NCBI GenBank assembly: GCA_050011535.1
Contig: JBEKIX010000005.1
Location: forward strand, 1,347 to 65,346
Source of the DNA: Acidobacteriota bacterium
GTDB lineage: Bacteria; Acidobacteriota; UBA6911
DNA length: 64,000 nt
Direction of reading: 5' to 3'
Part shown: positions 39,839-48,051 of the stretch, piece after piece
Position numbering within the stretch: position 1 is the first letter of the stretch
How the letters are laid out: each line of letters starts with the position of its first letter
The notes under the pieces: generated by a model
The model's input: only the letters and a program-made list of their open reading frames with translations
What the model was told of the DNA's origin: nothing
The model's database searches: none
Translations under genes and position numbers: made by a program

Positions 39839-39886
39839 TTTCGGATTGCAGGAATTGGGAATGAACCCAAAATCCGCAATCCGAAA
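39839..39886. terminator. hairpin with an 11-bp perfect inverted repeat TTTCGGATTGC ... GCAATCCGAAA just 3' of htrA
   Basis: Seen directly. The loop contains an additional AAATCC/GGATTT-type sub-repeat. Confidence 0.45.
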
Positions 39887-39906
39887 TCGAAAACCCGAAT
39901 TGGATC

Positions 39907-41529
39907 CTATGGCATTACAATACTCGTGTAACCAGTCGAGGTGGCGGGCTTGCCGAAGGCGTCCATTGCGATGCGCCCGGAGGCATCCATTGGAACGCGG
40001 AGGATCTTGAGAATCACCGCCTGGCCGCTCTTCAGACCTTTGAGAATATCCAGGAGGTCCTGCGCGACCTCGATCTTTTTGCCATTGGCCGTCTGGACGA
40101 TGTCGAAATTTCCTGCCTGATTTCGCTGCCCTACGAGCCCGGCATCCTCTGCCAGGCTTCCCGGGCTGACCGAAACCAGTAGCGCGCCACCGGAAATATT
40201 GAGACTCTGAGCAAGGCGCGTAGGAACGTTGTCGATGTTCATGCCGATTTCGGTCTTGGGTTCTGCCTTCGGCTCGAAGCTGATGCCTTGCTTCGCCTGT
40301 TCCTGGAGGGGCCTCTCTGCCAGTGTCACACTGAAGTCCTTGACCGTCCCGAAGCGCACGGCCTTGACATTGACGGTTCGCCCCGGCGGGGTGTTCGCGG
40401 CGGCGAGGCGAAGCTCCTGGACGCTTGTTATTTTCTTGCCATCAAATTCGATGATCACATCCTCGGGCTTGATTCCCGCTTTGGCGGCAGGGCCGTTCTC
40501 TTCGACCAACCCCGTGATGAGCACGCCCTTGCCCTGCTTCACGCCGAAGTAGTCGGCCATTGCCGGAGTAAAGGGAAACTCGATGTTCATATTCACGCTC
40601 AGATATCCGCGGCTGACTTTCCCTTTTTCCAGGATCTGGTTGTAGACTTCTACGAAAATGTGCGCCGGCACGGCGAATCCCACTCCAGCATTGGCGCGGT
40701 TCGTCGTGTTGATGAAGCTGTTGATGCCGATGACCTCTGCGTTCATGTTGACCAGAGGGCCGCCGCTGTTGCCCGGGTTGATGGCCGCATCCGTCTGCAG
40801 ATAATCATTGAATAGCATTTGTTGTTGATCCGCGCTCTCGACACTTTCAAAAACGCGGCCGATGGCGGAGACGATGCCGGCGGTGACGGACTGTTCCAAT
40901 CCGAAGGGGCTGCCGATCGCGATGACCCAGTCGCCGACCTTCATTGCTCTCGAGTCGCCGATCTTCACATAGGGAAATTCCTTGTCGCCGTCGATTTTGA
41001 TGACGGCAATGTCCGACAGCTCGTCGCCTGCGATGACTCGCGCCTGGTATTCCTTTCCGTCCTTCACATTCACTTTGATCTTGGTCGCATCCGCCACAAC
41101 GTGGTTATTGGTGATGATATAACCTTTCGGATCGACGAAGATCCCGGAACCAAGGCTGCTGAGGGTACGCTGTTGCTGAGGCGCGTTGGGAAACATTTGC
41201 CCGAACCAATCCGGCATCTGTTGGTTGTTTCGCCCTGACCCTCCGGGGCGCGTCGTGAACGAGATGACGGCCTCGGTATTGATGTTGACCACGGCAGGGC
41301 CGACTCTCTTCGCGACTTCCTCGAACGCCTGCGACATAGCCTGGATTCCCGGGTTTGCCAGGGACGTCCCGCCGCTTTGGATTTTGAGCTGGCTGTCCCC
41401 TGGCCCCATGGCTATGGCTCGATGGGATATCAAAGTTCCAATCCCAATCCCCAGACACAGAACGAATAGGACCACGAAGAATGAAACCAGATGTTTTGAC
41501 AGGCGCTGTTCGCGCGCTTCGTAGGTCAT
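39907..41529 (-). CDS. htrA: Do/DegP/HtrA family serine endoprotease with two PDZ domains
   Basis: His/Asp/Ser triad context (TNNHVV; DIAVIKI; GNSGGPLVN) and two PDZ domains. Confidence 0.93.
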   Translation of the reverse strand: MTYEAREQRLSKHLVSFFVVLFVLCLGIGIGTLISHRAIAMGPGDSQLKIQSGGTSLANPGIQAMSQAFEEVAKRVGPAVVNINTEAVISFTTRPGGSGRNNQQMPDWFGQMFPNAPQQQRTLSSLGSGIFVDPKGYIITNNHVVADATKIKVNVKDGKEYQARVIAGDELSDIAVIKIDGDKEFPYVKIGDSRAMKVGDWVIAIGSPFGLEQSVTAGIVSAIGRVFESVESADQQQMLFNDYLQTDAAINPGNSGGPLVNMNAEVIGINSFINTTNRANAGVGFAVPAHIFVEVYNQILEKGKVSRGYLSVNMNIEFPFTPAMADYFGVKQGKGVLITGLVEENGPAAKAGIKPEDVIIEFDGKKITSVQELRLAAANTPPGRTVNVKAVRFGTVKDFSVTLAERPLQEQAKQGISFEPKAEPKTEIGMNIDNVPTRLAQSLNISGGALLVSVSPGSLAEDAGLVGQRNQAGNFDIVQTANGKKIEVAQDLLDILKGLKSGQAVILKILRVPMDASGRIAMDAFGKPATSTGYTSIVMP

Positions 41530-41854
41530 GCCCTTACCTCCCTAAAGTTGTTGCATACGCTCAACATTTTACGTGAAACTCCAGGGGTAGTTCCAAACTT
41601 AATTAGAGGCGCGGCGATTCAGACAGTGACGAGCCCCCCAAAGCGAGGACCCGTCCACAGCCCAAAGTGTGAGCCCCATAAGCGCTAACTTAAACCACTT
41701 CCCCCACGTGGACCTGGACATGGACCTAGACGTGGACTTGGACGTTCTTGTACGGGAGACATTTTCAAGAACACCTGGTCACGCATATGAGCCTTCTTAG
41801 CATATATGTATCTGTATGCATGCAACGTGATACAATGCTATCAGGAGGTGACGT

Positions 41855-42073
41855 ATGGGTACAGCAATATCGGTGAGGCTTCCCAAAGAGCTGGCGGAGC
41901 AGCTTGACCACATCGCCAAAGAAACCGAGAGGCCGCGTTCGTACATCCTTCAAAAGGCTCTCGAATCCTACATTGAAGACTATTCCGATCTTCAAATAGC
42001 CCTCGACCGTCTTCTTGATAAAACGGATCCGGTGGTTTCCAGTAAAGAACTGAGGAAGTCTCTTGGCTTATAA
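41855..42073 (+). CDS. type II antitoxin, ribbon-helix-helix (RelB/ParD/CopG-like)
   Basis: ISVRLPKELAEQLDHIAKETERPRSYILQKALESYIE is an RHH DNA-binding fold. AGGAGG RBS, and an extended -10 TGATACAAT upstream. Confidence 0.8.
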   Translation: MGTAISVRLPKELAEQLDHIAKETERPRSYILQKALESYIEDYSDLQIALDRLLDKTDPVVSSKELRKSLGL

Positions 42074-42323
42074 TATTGTTTATAAGACATCCGTCGAGCG
42101 CGACCTCAAGAGTCTCTCAAAGGTAGAAGCCGCAAAAATCCTCGCTAAGATCGAAGGCGGACTCGCCAGGAAGCCAGAAACATCTCCGGTACTCAAAGGA
42201 CGCTTCATTGGCCTCCGCAAATATCGCGTCGGCGATTATCGGGTGATTTATGCCATACTCGGTGACGATGTTTTGATTCTCAGGATTGGTCACCGGTGCG
42301 AAGTTTATCGGCGCAAGATCTGA
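42063..42323 (+). CDS. type II toxin, RelE/ParE family
   Basis: GLRKYRVGDYRVIYAILGDDVLILRIGHRCEVY is the RelE/ParE C-terminal signature. An 11-nt overlap with the antitoxin. Confidence 0.85.
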   Translation: MAYNIVYKTSVERDLKSLSKVEAAKILAKIEGGLARKPETSPVLKGRFIGLRKYRVGDYRVIYAILGDDVLILRIGHRCEVYRRKI

Positions 42324-42468
42324 CAATCGCGGTCCAGCGAGAGCGCGCCGCCTGAAGCAGGATCACATCCAAGTCGAAGTCCACGTGCCGTAGCAATCTT
42401 ATGTTAGCACTCGTGGGGCTCGTGCCCTGTCGCCGTGTTATGCTTGTCCTGGACCCTCGAGTGACGAC

Positions 42469-43827
42469 ATGCGTGAAAAGATTGCCGGTTATCTTGCGAA
42501 GGCAGGTCGGCCACTTTCTGCTGAAGAGATTCTGCGCGACGTACTGAACATTCACTCTCCCAACTCCTTCGCAGCCGACAAAGTTCTGAGAGGCATCCTG
42601 AAACACGATGAGCGGTTTCAGGAGAGGCACGGCCTCTGGCACTTTAAGGCTCTACCGCCCGCCGGCCCGCTTGAAACCGCTGTGCTCTTCCTCCAATGGA
42701 CTGTGACGCATCCTCGTTTTTATCGGGGGGCACTTCATCTCCCCGGAACCGGCACATCCTGCGAATTTCAATTCCAGGGCGACGCGGCGGTTTCAAACCG
42801 GGAAGCTCTCCGTGCGGCGCGCAGGGAAGCGCAAGACCATTTACTGTTGGTCTGGAGCGTGCGCGAACTTCAGATCTGGAACCGGCTCTTGCGATCCGTG
42901 GGCATTTCGGAGTGGGATGGAGGGTCCCTGAAATTGAGCGCGCTTGCCGGGCGCGCCCTTCCGCGGAGATCGCGGCCCCGCCACCCTGAAGACCTGGCCT
43001 CCACTTTGAATCTGCCTCCGCCGGACACCGAACAGCCTGCCTCGATGGCTCGATTCCTCGCTAGCGCGTTCGAAGGCCTGGTTGATCTGGTCCCAATCAA
43101 TCGCCGCCACAGTCCGGAAGAGATAGAGCGTTGGATCGAAGAAGCGGTGGTCAAGGTCGATTTCAGCAGGTTTGCATTCGGCCGCGACCTGCTCACGCGC
43201 GTCCCGGCGTTACCCGGCGTCTACCTGATGAGAGACCGGGCTGGCGAGGTGATTTACGTTGGCAAGGCCGGAAACCTGCGGCGGCGGTTGCGATCTTACT
43301 TTGCGCCGCGAGCACTCGAAGATGCCAAAGTGGCAAGAATCCACAGCCAGCTCTATTCCCTTGAATTTCAAACCTGCGCGACAGAAGTAGAAGCGCTCCT
43401 TCTGGAGATGCGCCTGATCAGGGACTTTCACCCCGCCATCAATCTTCAGACAGAAGTCCACGAGCAGCCGGGCCGCTATGGCCGCGGGCGCAATCTGCTG
43501 CTTCTGGTCCCTGTCGGTGATGCTGCCAAGATCTACTTTCTGAAGAACGGTGCGTTCGTCGCCGAGCAATCTGTGCCGCTCGGCGGCGCTCCCTCCAAAA
43601 AACTGGGCGCAAAAATACGAAGCCTGTACTTCAGAACCCGGCGGAGCGAACCTGAAGGAATCGACGAACGGGAAAATGAAATCGTGGCACGTTGGATCTC
43701 CAAAAACAGAAGGCGCCTGAACTTTCTTGATGTGGATGGGGCCGGCACGTGCGAGTCGGTACTGAGGCAGCTCGGAGCATATTTCAAAGATCCGGACAGG
43801 CTGACCCGCAAAGTCTATTACCGCTGA
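42469..43827 (+). CDS. GIY-YIG nuclease domain protein with a 230-aa uncharacterised N-terminal domain
   Basis: Central LPALPGVYLMRDRAGEVIYVGKAGNLRRRLRSYF is a UvrC/Cho-type GIY-YIG motif with the catalytic Arg and Glu context (EVEALLLEMRLI). N- and C-terminal regions have no recognisable motif. Confidence 0.7.
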   Translation: MREKIAGYLAKAGRPLSAEEILRDVLNIHSPNSFAADKVLRGILKHDERFQERHGLWHFKALPPAGPLETAVLFLQWTVTHPRFYRGALHLPGTGTSCEFQFQGDAAVSNREALRAARREAQDHLLLVWSVRELQIWNRLLRSVGISEWDGGSLKLSALAGRALPRRSRPRHPEDLASTLNLPPPDTEQPASMARFLASAFEGLVDLVPINRRHSPEEIERWIEEAVVKVDFSRFAFGRDLLTRVPALPGVYLMRDRAGEVIYVGKAGNLRRRLRSYFAPRALEDAKVARIHSQLYSLEFQTCATEVEALLLEMRLIRDFHPAINLQTEVHEQPGRYGRGRNLLLLVPVGDAAKIYFLKNGAFVAEQSVPLGGAPSKKLGAKIRSLYFRTRRSEPEGIDERENEIVARWISKNRRRLNFLDVDGAGTCESVLRQLGAYFKDPDRLTRKVYYR

Positions 43828-43960
43828 AACCGTGGAAAACGCCTTGCCCCTTTTTCTTCACGATGATATTTGGGCTACATCGCGGTAGAATCGGTCGGCA
43901 GGCTCGAATGGCCCGTGGTTATCGAGCTACGGCACCCAACCTATAATGCGGAGGAAGAAG

Positions 43961-44941
43961 ATGGAAGAACTGCTGGGTCACCAATTCGTGGGAGTTGTGG
44001 AAAAGGCGGCCATGGCCTGCGCGCGCACCATGGGACTCGGAGACCGGAACTACTCCGACAAGGTGGCGGTGGAAGCCATGCGCGAGGCGATGTTGAGCCT
44101 CCCCATTGACGGCACGATTGTCATCGGGGAAGGCGAACGCGACGAGGCCCCGATGTTGTACATCGGCGAGAAAGTGGGCCGGGGTCCCGGAGATGCCGAG
44201 CACGAGCATGCAGTCGTGGACATCGCCGTTGATCCCCTGGAAGGCACGAATTTGTGCGCCACCGGAACGAACAATGCCATCGCGGTCCTGGCGGCCTCGG
44301 AAAAGGGCGGGCTGTTGAACGCGCCCGATTGCTACATGAATAAGATCATCGTTGGCCCATCCAGCCGGGGCGCGATCGATATCGACGCTCCCGTAAAAGA
44401 CAATCTGAAGGCCATTGCCAAACGTCTCGAACGCGACGTCGAGGATCTCGTGGTGGTCGTGTTGGACCGTCCCCGGCATCAGGATCTGATTCGCGACATT
44501 CGCCAGGCGGGCGCGCGCATCCGCCTGATCGGAGACGGCGACCTTTCAGCGGGAATCTCGGCGGCCGTCGTCGGCACTGGTGTGCACGCGGTAATGGGCA
44601 TCGGCGGCGCCCCCGAAGGCGTGCTCGCGGCCGCGGCGCTGCGCTGCCTGCACGGGGAGATGCAGGCACGGCTGGTTCCCGCCAAACCGGATCACGAGAG
44701 GCGCCTTAAAGAAATGGGGATCGACGACTTGAAGCGGGTCTATCAGACGGAAGATCTCGCTCCCGGCAGAAGGATGATTTTCGCTGCCTGCGGGGTAACC
44801 GACGGCGCCCTGCTCAAGGGCGTGCGTTTCTTCGGCGGAGGTGCGCGCACACACACGCTGACCATGACCCTCGAGTCGCGGAAAATCCGATTTATCGACG
44901 CGGTGCATCTGGAGCATCATGGCGTAAAGGTGCAATTCTAA
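43961..44941 (+). CDS. glpX: class II fructose-1,6-bisphosphatase
   Basis: GlpX signature (AVEAMREAM ... [11 protein letters not shown] ... [15 protein letters not shown]). GGAGGA RBS at the MEELLGH start. Confidence 0.93.
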   Translation: MEELLGHQFVGVVEKAAMACARTMGLGDRNYSDKVAVEAMREAMLSLPIDGTIVIGEGERDEAPMLYIGEKVGRGPGDAEHEHAVVDIAVDPLEGTNLCATGTNNAIAVLAASEKGGLLNAPDCYMNKIIVGPSSRGAIDIDAPVKDNLKAIAKRLERDVEDLVVVVLDRPRHQDLIRDIRQAGARIRLIGDGDLSAGISAAVVGTGVHAVMGIGGAPEGVLAAAALRCLHGEMQARLVPAKPDHERRLKEMGIDDLKRVYQTEDLAPGRRMIFAACGVTDGALLKGVRFFGGGARTHTLTMTLESRKIRFIDAVHLEHHGVKVQF

Positions 44942-46367
44942 AGGCGCGCTTCCAAGCGGCGAAGTTGCCGCCTGCACGCCATGCGTCGAGCGCTGCCATA
45001 CCCGCGTCTTCTCCTCCTTGCGCGAGCATGTACTCGACCCAGGCCCAGCGCGCGGAGGTGGGGCGGATCTCGACTTTGTCTTTCAAACAGGCTCGCAACC
45101 TTGCCAGCTTATTTTCCAGCGAGGAAATGGGCTCGAAAGGGGCTCCATCCAGAGGCGTGTTGCGCTTGGCCACAAAGGGGGAGATCGCCAGGGACACAGG
45201 CGTTATGCGCGCCAGCTCCATACAAAAGCGCGCGAGTTCGTCGATGTCCGCCAGCGTTTCATCCGGCAGTCCGATCATTTCGTAGAGCTTCAATTGCTCA
45301 TATTTGTATTTGTGCGCCAGTTCCGCCGCCCGGATCAGATGCCCCTCGTTCGTCCGGCGCTGCACCGCATTCCGCAGGCGTTGTGAGGCGCCGTCGGAAG
45401 CAGTCGTCAAGGTCCGGTATCCGCCCGAGCGCAGCAACTCGACAAGTTCGTCATTCAGGCGATCCGCGCGCAGGCTCGATATGCCGATCTCCCGCCCACT
45501 TTCCACGATTGCCCGCACGACGTCCTTGATTCTCGGATGGTCGGTCACGGCCGCGCCTACCAGTCCGACGCGCCGTGCAACATCCGGAACCAGGGACAGC
45601 ACCTTTTCAGGCGGCACAAGACGCATGCCGCCGTTGGTCGTGCGCCGCATGACACAGTAGGTGCAGCCGCGAGAACAACCGCGCTCGGGCTCGATCAAGA
45701 ACATCGATCTCAAGACCGTGTTTCGGGTGAGGATCTGCGAGCGCGCCGGCAGACGGTCGTCGCCCGCCTTGGCAATCGCCGACAAGCCGGGGGTCTGCCC
45801 GGGCACGAAGGATGACGGCAGCGAGGCAAAGTGGCGGAGCAGATCCTCACGATCGCCGCTCGCGGCCGCGTCCAGAAAGGCGTGGATCAACTCCTCCCCT
45901 TCGCCCAAGAGAATCAAATCGACGAACGGCGCCAGAGGCAGCGGATTCGAAAACGTCAGCGGTCCGCCTGCTATCACCAACGGGTGCCGGCTGCCACGAT
46001 CCGCGCGCAGCGGCGGTATTCTGCAAAGATCCAGCATCTCCAGAAGGCCGGCGATCTCCAGTTCGTAGGAAACCGAGAAAGCAATGACAGGAAAGCTGCC
46101 CAGCGGAGTCTCGGTCTCGTAAGTAAATACCGGCAATCGCAATTGCCGGTGCGCTTTCGCATCGTCGGGCAAAAAGGCGCGCTCCGCGGCGGCGCCCGGA
46201 TGCAGATGGATTTCGCGGTAGATGGTTTGAAACCCGAGCGAACTCATTCCAATCGAGTATTGGCTCGGATAGCAGAGCGCGATTCGGAGCGGCGCATGGA
46301 CGCGAAGCGCCCCCAGTTCCTCGTTCGCGCGCGCTCTCACCTGAGAGATGATTTCCCAGGAATTCAT
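44892..46367 (-). CDS. B12-binding-like domain / radical SAM family protein
   Basis: CSRGCTYC radical SAM cysteine motif after an N-terminal Rossmann-like domain ([21 protein letters not shown]). Start MNSWEII is 20 nt downstream of the queE stop. Confidence 0.8.
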   Translation of the reverse strand: MNSWEIISQVRARANEELGALRVHAPLRIALCYPSQYSIGMSSLGFQTIYREIHLHPGAAAERAFLPDDAKAHRQLRLPVFTYETETPLGSFPVIAFSVSYELEIAGLLEMLDLCRIPPLRADRGSRHPLVIAGGPLTFSNPLPLAPFVDLILLGEGEELIHAFLDAAASGDREDLLRHFASLPSSFVPGQTPGLSAIAKAGDDRLPARSQILTRNTVLRSMFLIEPERGCSRGCTYCVMRRTTNGGMRLVPPEKVLSLVPDVARRVGLVGAAVTDHPRIKDVVRAIVESGREIGISSLRADRLNDELVELLRSGGYRTLTTASDGASQRLRNAVQRRTNEGHLIRAAELAHKYKYEQLKLYEMIGLPDETLADIDELARFCMELARITPVSLAISPFVAKRNTPLDGAPFEPISSLENKLARLRACLKDKVEIRPTSARWAWVEYMLAQGGEDAGMAALDAWRAGGNFAAWKRAFRIAPLRHDAPDAPRR

Positions 46368-46387
46368 GGCTGCCTGCCGCCGGACAC

Positions 46388-47026
46388 TCAGACTCCGCGT
46401 AAGACGCCTGGCCAGATGATCTTGTGCAGCTGCACCTGCATGCGCACCCGGAGCCCGCAATCCATGACCCAGCGAGCAAGGTCCGAATAAGGAAGCACGT
46501 TGTAAACCGGAGAGAAGAGCACGACCCCGACCCGCGAGGGCAAGTCGTGCTGGACGATAACCTCAAGGGCCCAGTCAAAATCGGCCCGGCCCCCGACTAC
46601 AAACTTGACTTCGTCATTCGGAGTCAAATGCTCGATGTTTTTGTAATCGTTGTGTTCGTGCATGCCGCTGGATGGGCACTTCAGGTCCATGATTTTGTGC
46701 ACGCGCCGGTCCACACCCTCCAGCGGGACCTGCCCTCCCGTTTCCACGCACACGGTGTATCCGGTGTCGAGCAGCCCTTGAAAAAGGCGGTGGACTTCCG
46801 GATGGAGCATCGGCTCTCCGCCGGTCACAAGGACAAGCCGCGCAGGATAAGCGGAAACCGTCGCAAGGATTTCTGTTTGCGACATCTCCTTCCCTTCGGA
46901 GAAGGCATACTCCGTGTCACAGTAGGAGCATCGCAAATTGCAGGCAGTCAGGCGGATAAAGGCGCTTGGCCATCCGGCAAAACTCGACTCACCCTGGATA
47001 CTGTAATAAATCTCATTCACTTTCAT
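46388..47026 (-). CDS. queE: 7-carboxy-7-deazaguanine synthase
   Basis: IQGESSFAGWPSAFIRLTACNLRCSYCDT radical-SAM QueE signature. Confidence 0.92.
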   Translation of the reverse strand: MKVNEIYYSIQGESSFAGWPSAFIRLTACNLRCSYCDTEYAFSEGKEMSQTEILATVSAYPARLVLVTGGEPMLHPEVHRLFQGLLDTGYTVCVETGGQVPLEGVDRRVHKIMDLKCPSSGMHEHNDYKNIEHLTPNDEVKFVVGGRADFDWALEVIVQHDLPSRVGVVLFSPVYNVLPYSDLARWVMDCGLRVRMQVQLHKIIWPGVLRGV

Positions 47027-47102
47027 GGCCAGAACTCATTCTATCAAGTGCAGGTTGCCTCGGATAGGTCCGCATGGGGTTTGCGCGGCGGGCTTAATGT
47101 GC

Positions 47103-47127
47103 GAAATTGGTGACAGTCACCAATTTC
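47103..47127. terminator. 25-bp perfect palindrome GAAATTGGTGAC-A-GTCACCAATTTC at the 3' end of the PP2C gene
   Basis: Seen directly. Shares the GGTGACAG / CTGTCACC core with the 13141 palindrome. Confidence 0.45.
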
Positions 47128-47863
47128 GGAGTTCATCCGGTTCCAGCTTGATGACGACAGCCGTAATATTGTCCGGCCCGCCTTCCTCATTTGCAGCTGC
47201 CACCAGAAAATCAGCAATTTCACGAGGTGTCTTTTGCGGATCGGAGAGCGCCTTGCAGATACGTTCCTCCGGGACAGTATCCGTCAGACCGTCGGAGCAC
47301 AGGAGATAAATGTCCCCGGCGAGCGCCTCTCCTTCCAGAACATCGATGTCTACCTGCGGATGAGATCCGATCGAGCGCGTGATCAGGTTCTTTTGCGGAT
47401 GTCGGATCAGCTCCGACTTTTGCATCATGCCGTTTTCATAAAGGGGCCAGACCAGCGAGTGGTCGCGGGTAAGCTGATCGAGAATGCCGCTGCGGAGCCT
47501 GTAGGCGCGCGAGTCGCCCGCATGGGCGATGCAATACTGGCGGCCGCGAAACAGCAGGGCGGTCAGTGTGCTGCCCATGCCGGCCAGGGCATGATTCTCT
47601 CGTTGCGCATCAAAAACGCGGGCGTTTGCTTGCAGCGCCCCCAGCCGCAGAACGTCCGCGAGTCTGCCATGGTCTTCCGCGTGGGTCTTAATCCAGTCGT
47701 CAACGGACGATGCAGTCAGCTGGCTGGCGATTTCACCGGCTGCGTGTCCTCCCATTCCATCCGCCACCAGGAAGAGCCCAGTCTCTCCGTTTTCCACGTA
47801 AGAGTCTTCGTTGGAGGTTCTGACTCGTCCCTGGTTGGTCTGGCTACCATGCAAGATCTGCAA
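47117..47863 (-). CDS. PP2C-family Ser/Thr protein phosphatase (Stp1-like)
   Basis: VADGMGGHAAGEIAS and CSDGL metal-binding motifs. Confidence 0.9.
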   Translation of the reverse strand: MQILHGSQTNQGRVRTSNEDSYVENGETGLFLVADGMGGHAAGEIASQLTASSVDDWIKTHAEDHGRLADVLRLGALQANARVFDAQRENHALAGMGSTLTALLFRGRQYCIAHAGDSRAYRLRSGILDQLTRDHSLVWPLYENGMMQKSELIRHPQKNLITRSIGSHPQVDIDVLEGEALAGDIYLLCSDGLTDTVPEERICKALSDPQKTPREIADFLVAAANEEGGPDNITAVVIKLEPDELRNW

Positions 47864-48051
47864 TTCTCACCTATCCCGCTTTGTGACGTTTTCAAAACAG
47901 ATTTTATAGCACGCGCATGCTGTTAGCTTCAAGGTGCGCCGATAAGGGTCAAATCAGACGCTGGCGGTCCATGGTCTGGAGTCTCTGTGTTATCATTGGG
48001 GGTTGTACGGATTTCACGGCGCCAGTTTGCCGCCAATGAAGGCCAAATTAT

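Larger units (their letters stand above)
41677..42412. mobile_element. hexamer-periodic foldback repeat, copy C, enclosing a relB/relE-like toxin-antitoxin pair (candidate MITE-like carrier)
   Basis: The left end (CATAAGCGCTAACTTAAACCACTTCCCCCAC plus a (GTGGAC)n arm plus GTTCTTG-N15-CAAGAAC) is 32/37 identical to copy B. The right end has the inverted arm ATCCAAGTCGAAGTCCACGTG followed by CTTATGTTAGCAC, an inverted match to the left GCGCTAACTTAAG. Interior is the toxin-antitoxin operon. Confidence 0.5.

Noticed and set aside
42398-42426. TTAGCACTC-GTGGGGCTC-GTGCCCTGT resembling a CIRCE half-site near the GIY-YIG gene
   Set aside because: Only the left 9-mer matches CIRCE. The right half (GTGCCCTGT versus GAGTGCTAA) does not, and the site is not upstream of a chaperone gene. 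Most likely it is just the terminal sequence of repeat copy C, which resembles TTAGCGC.
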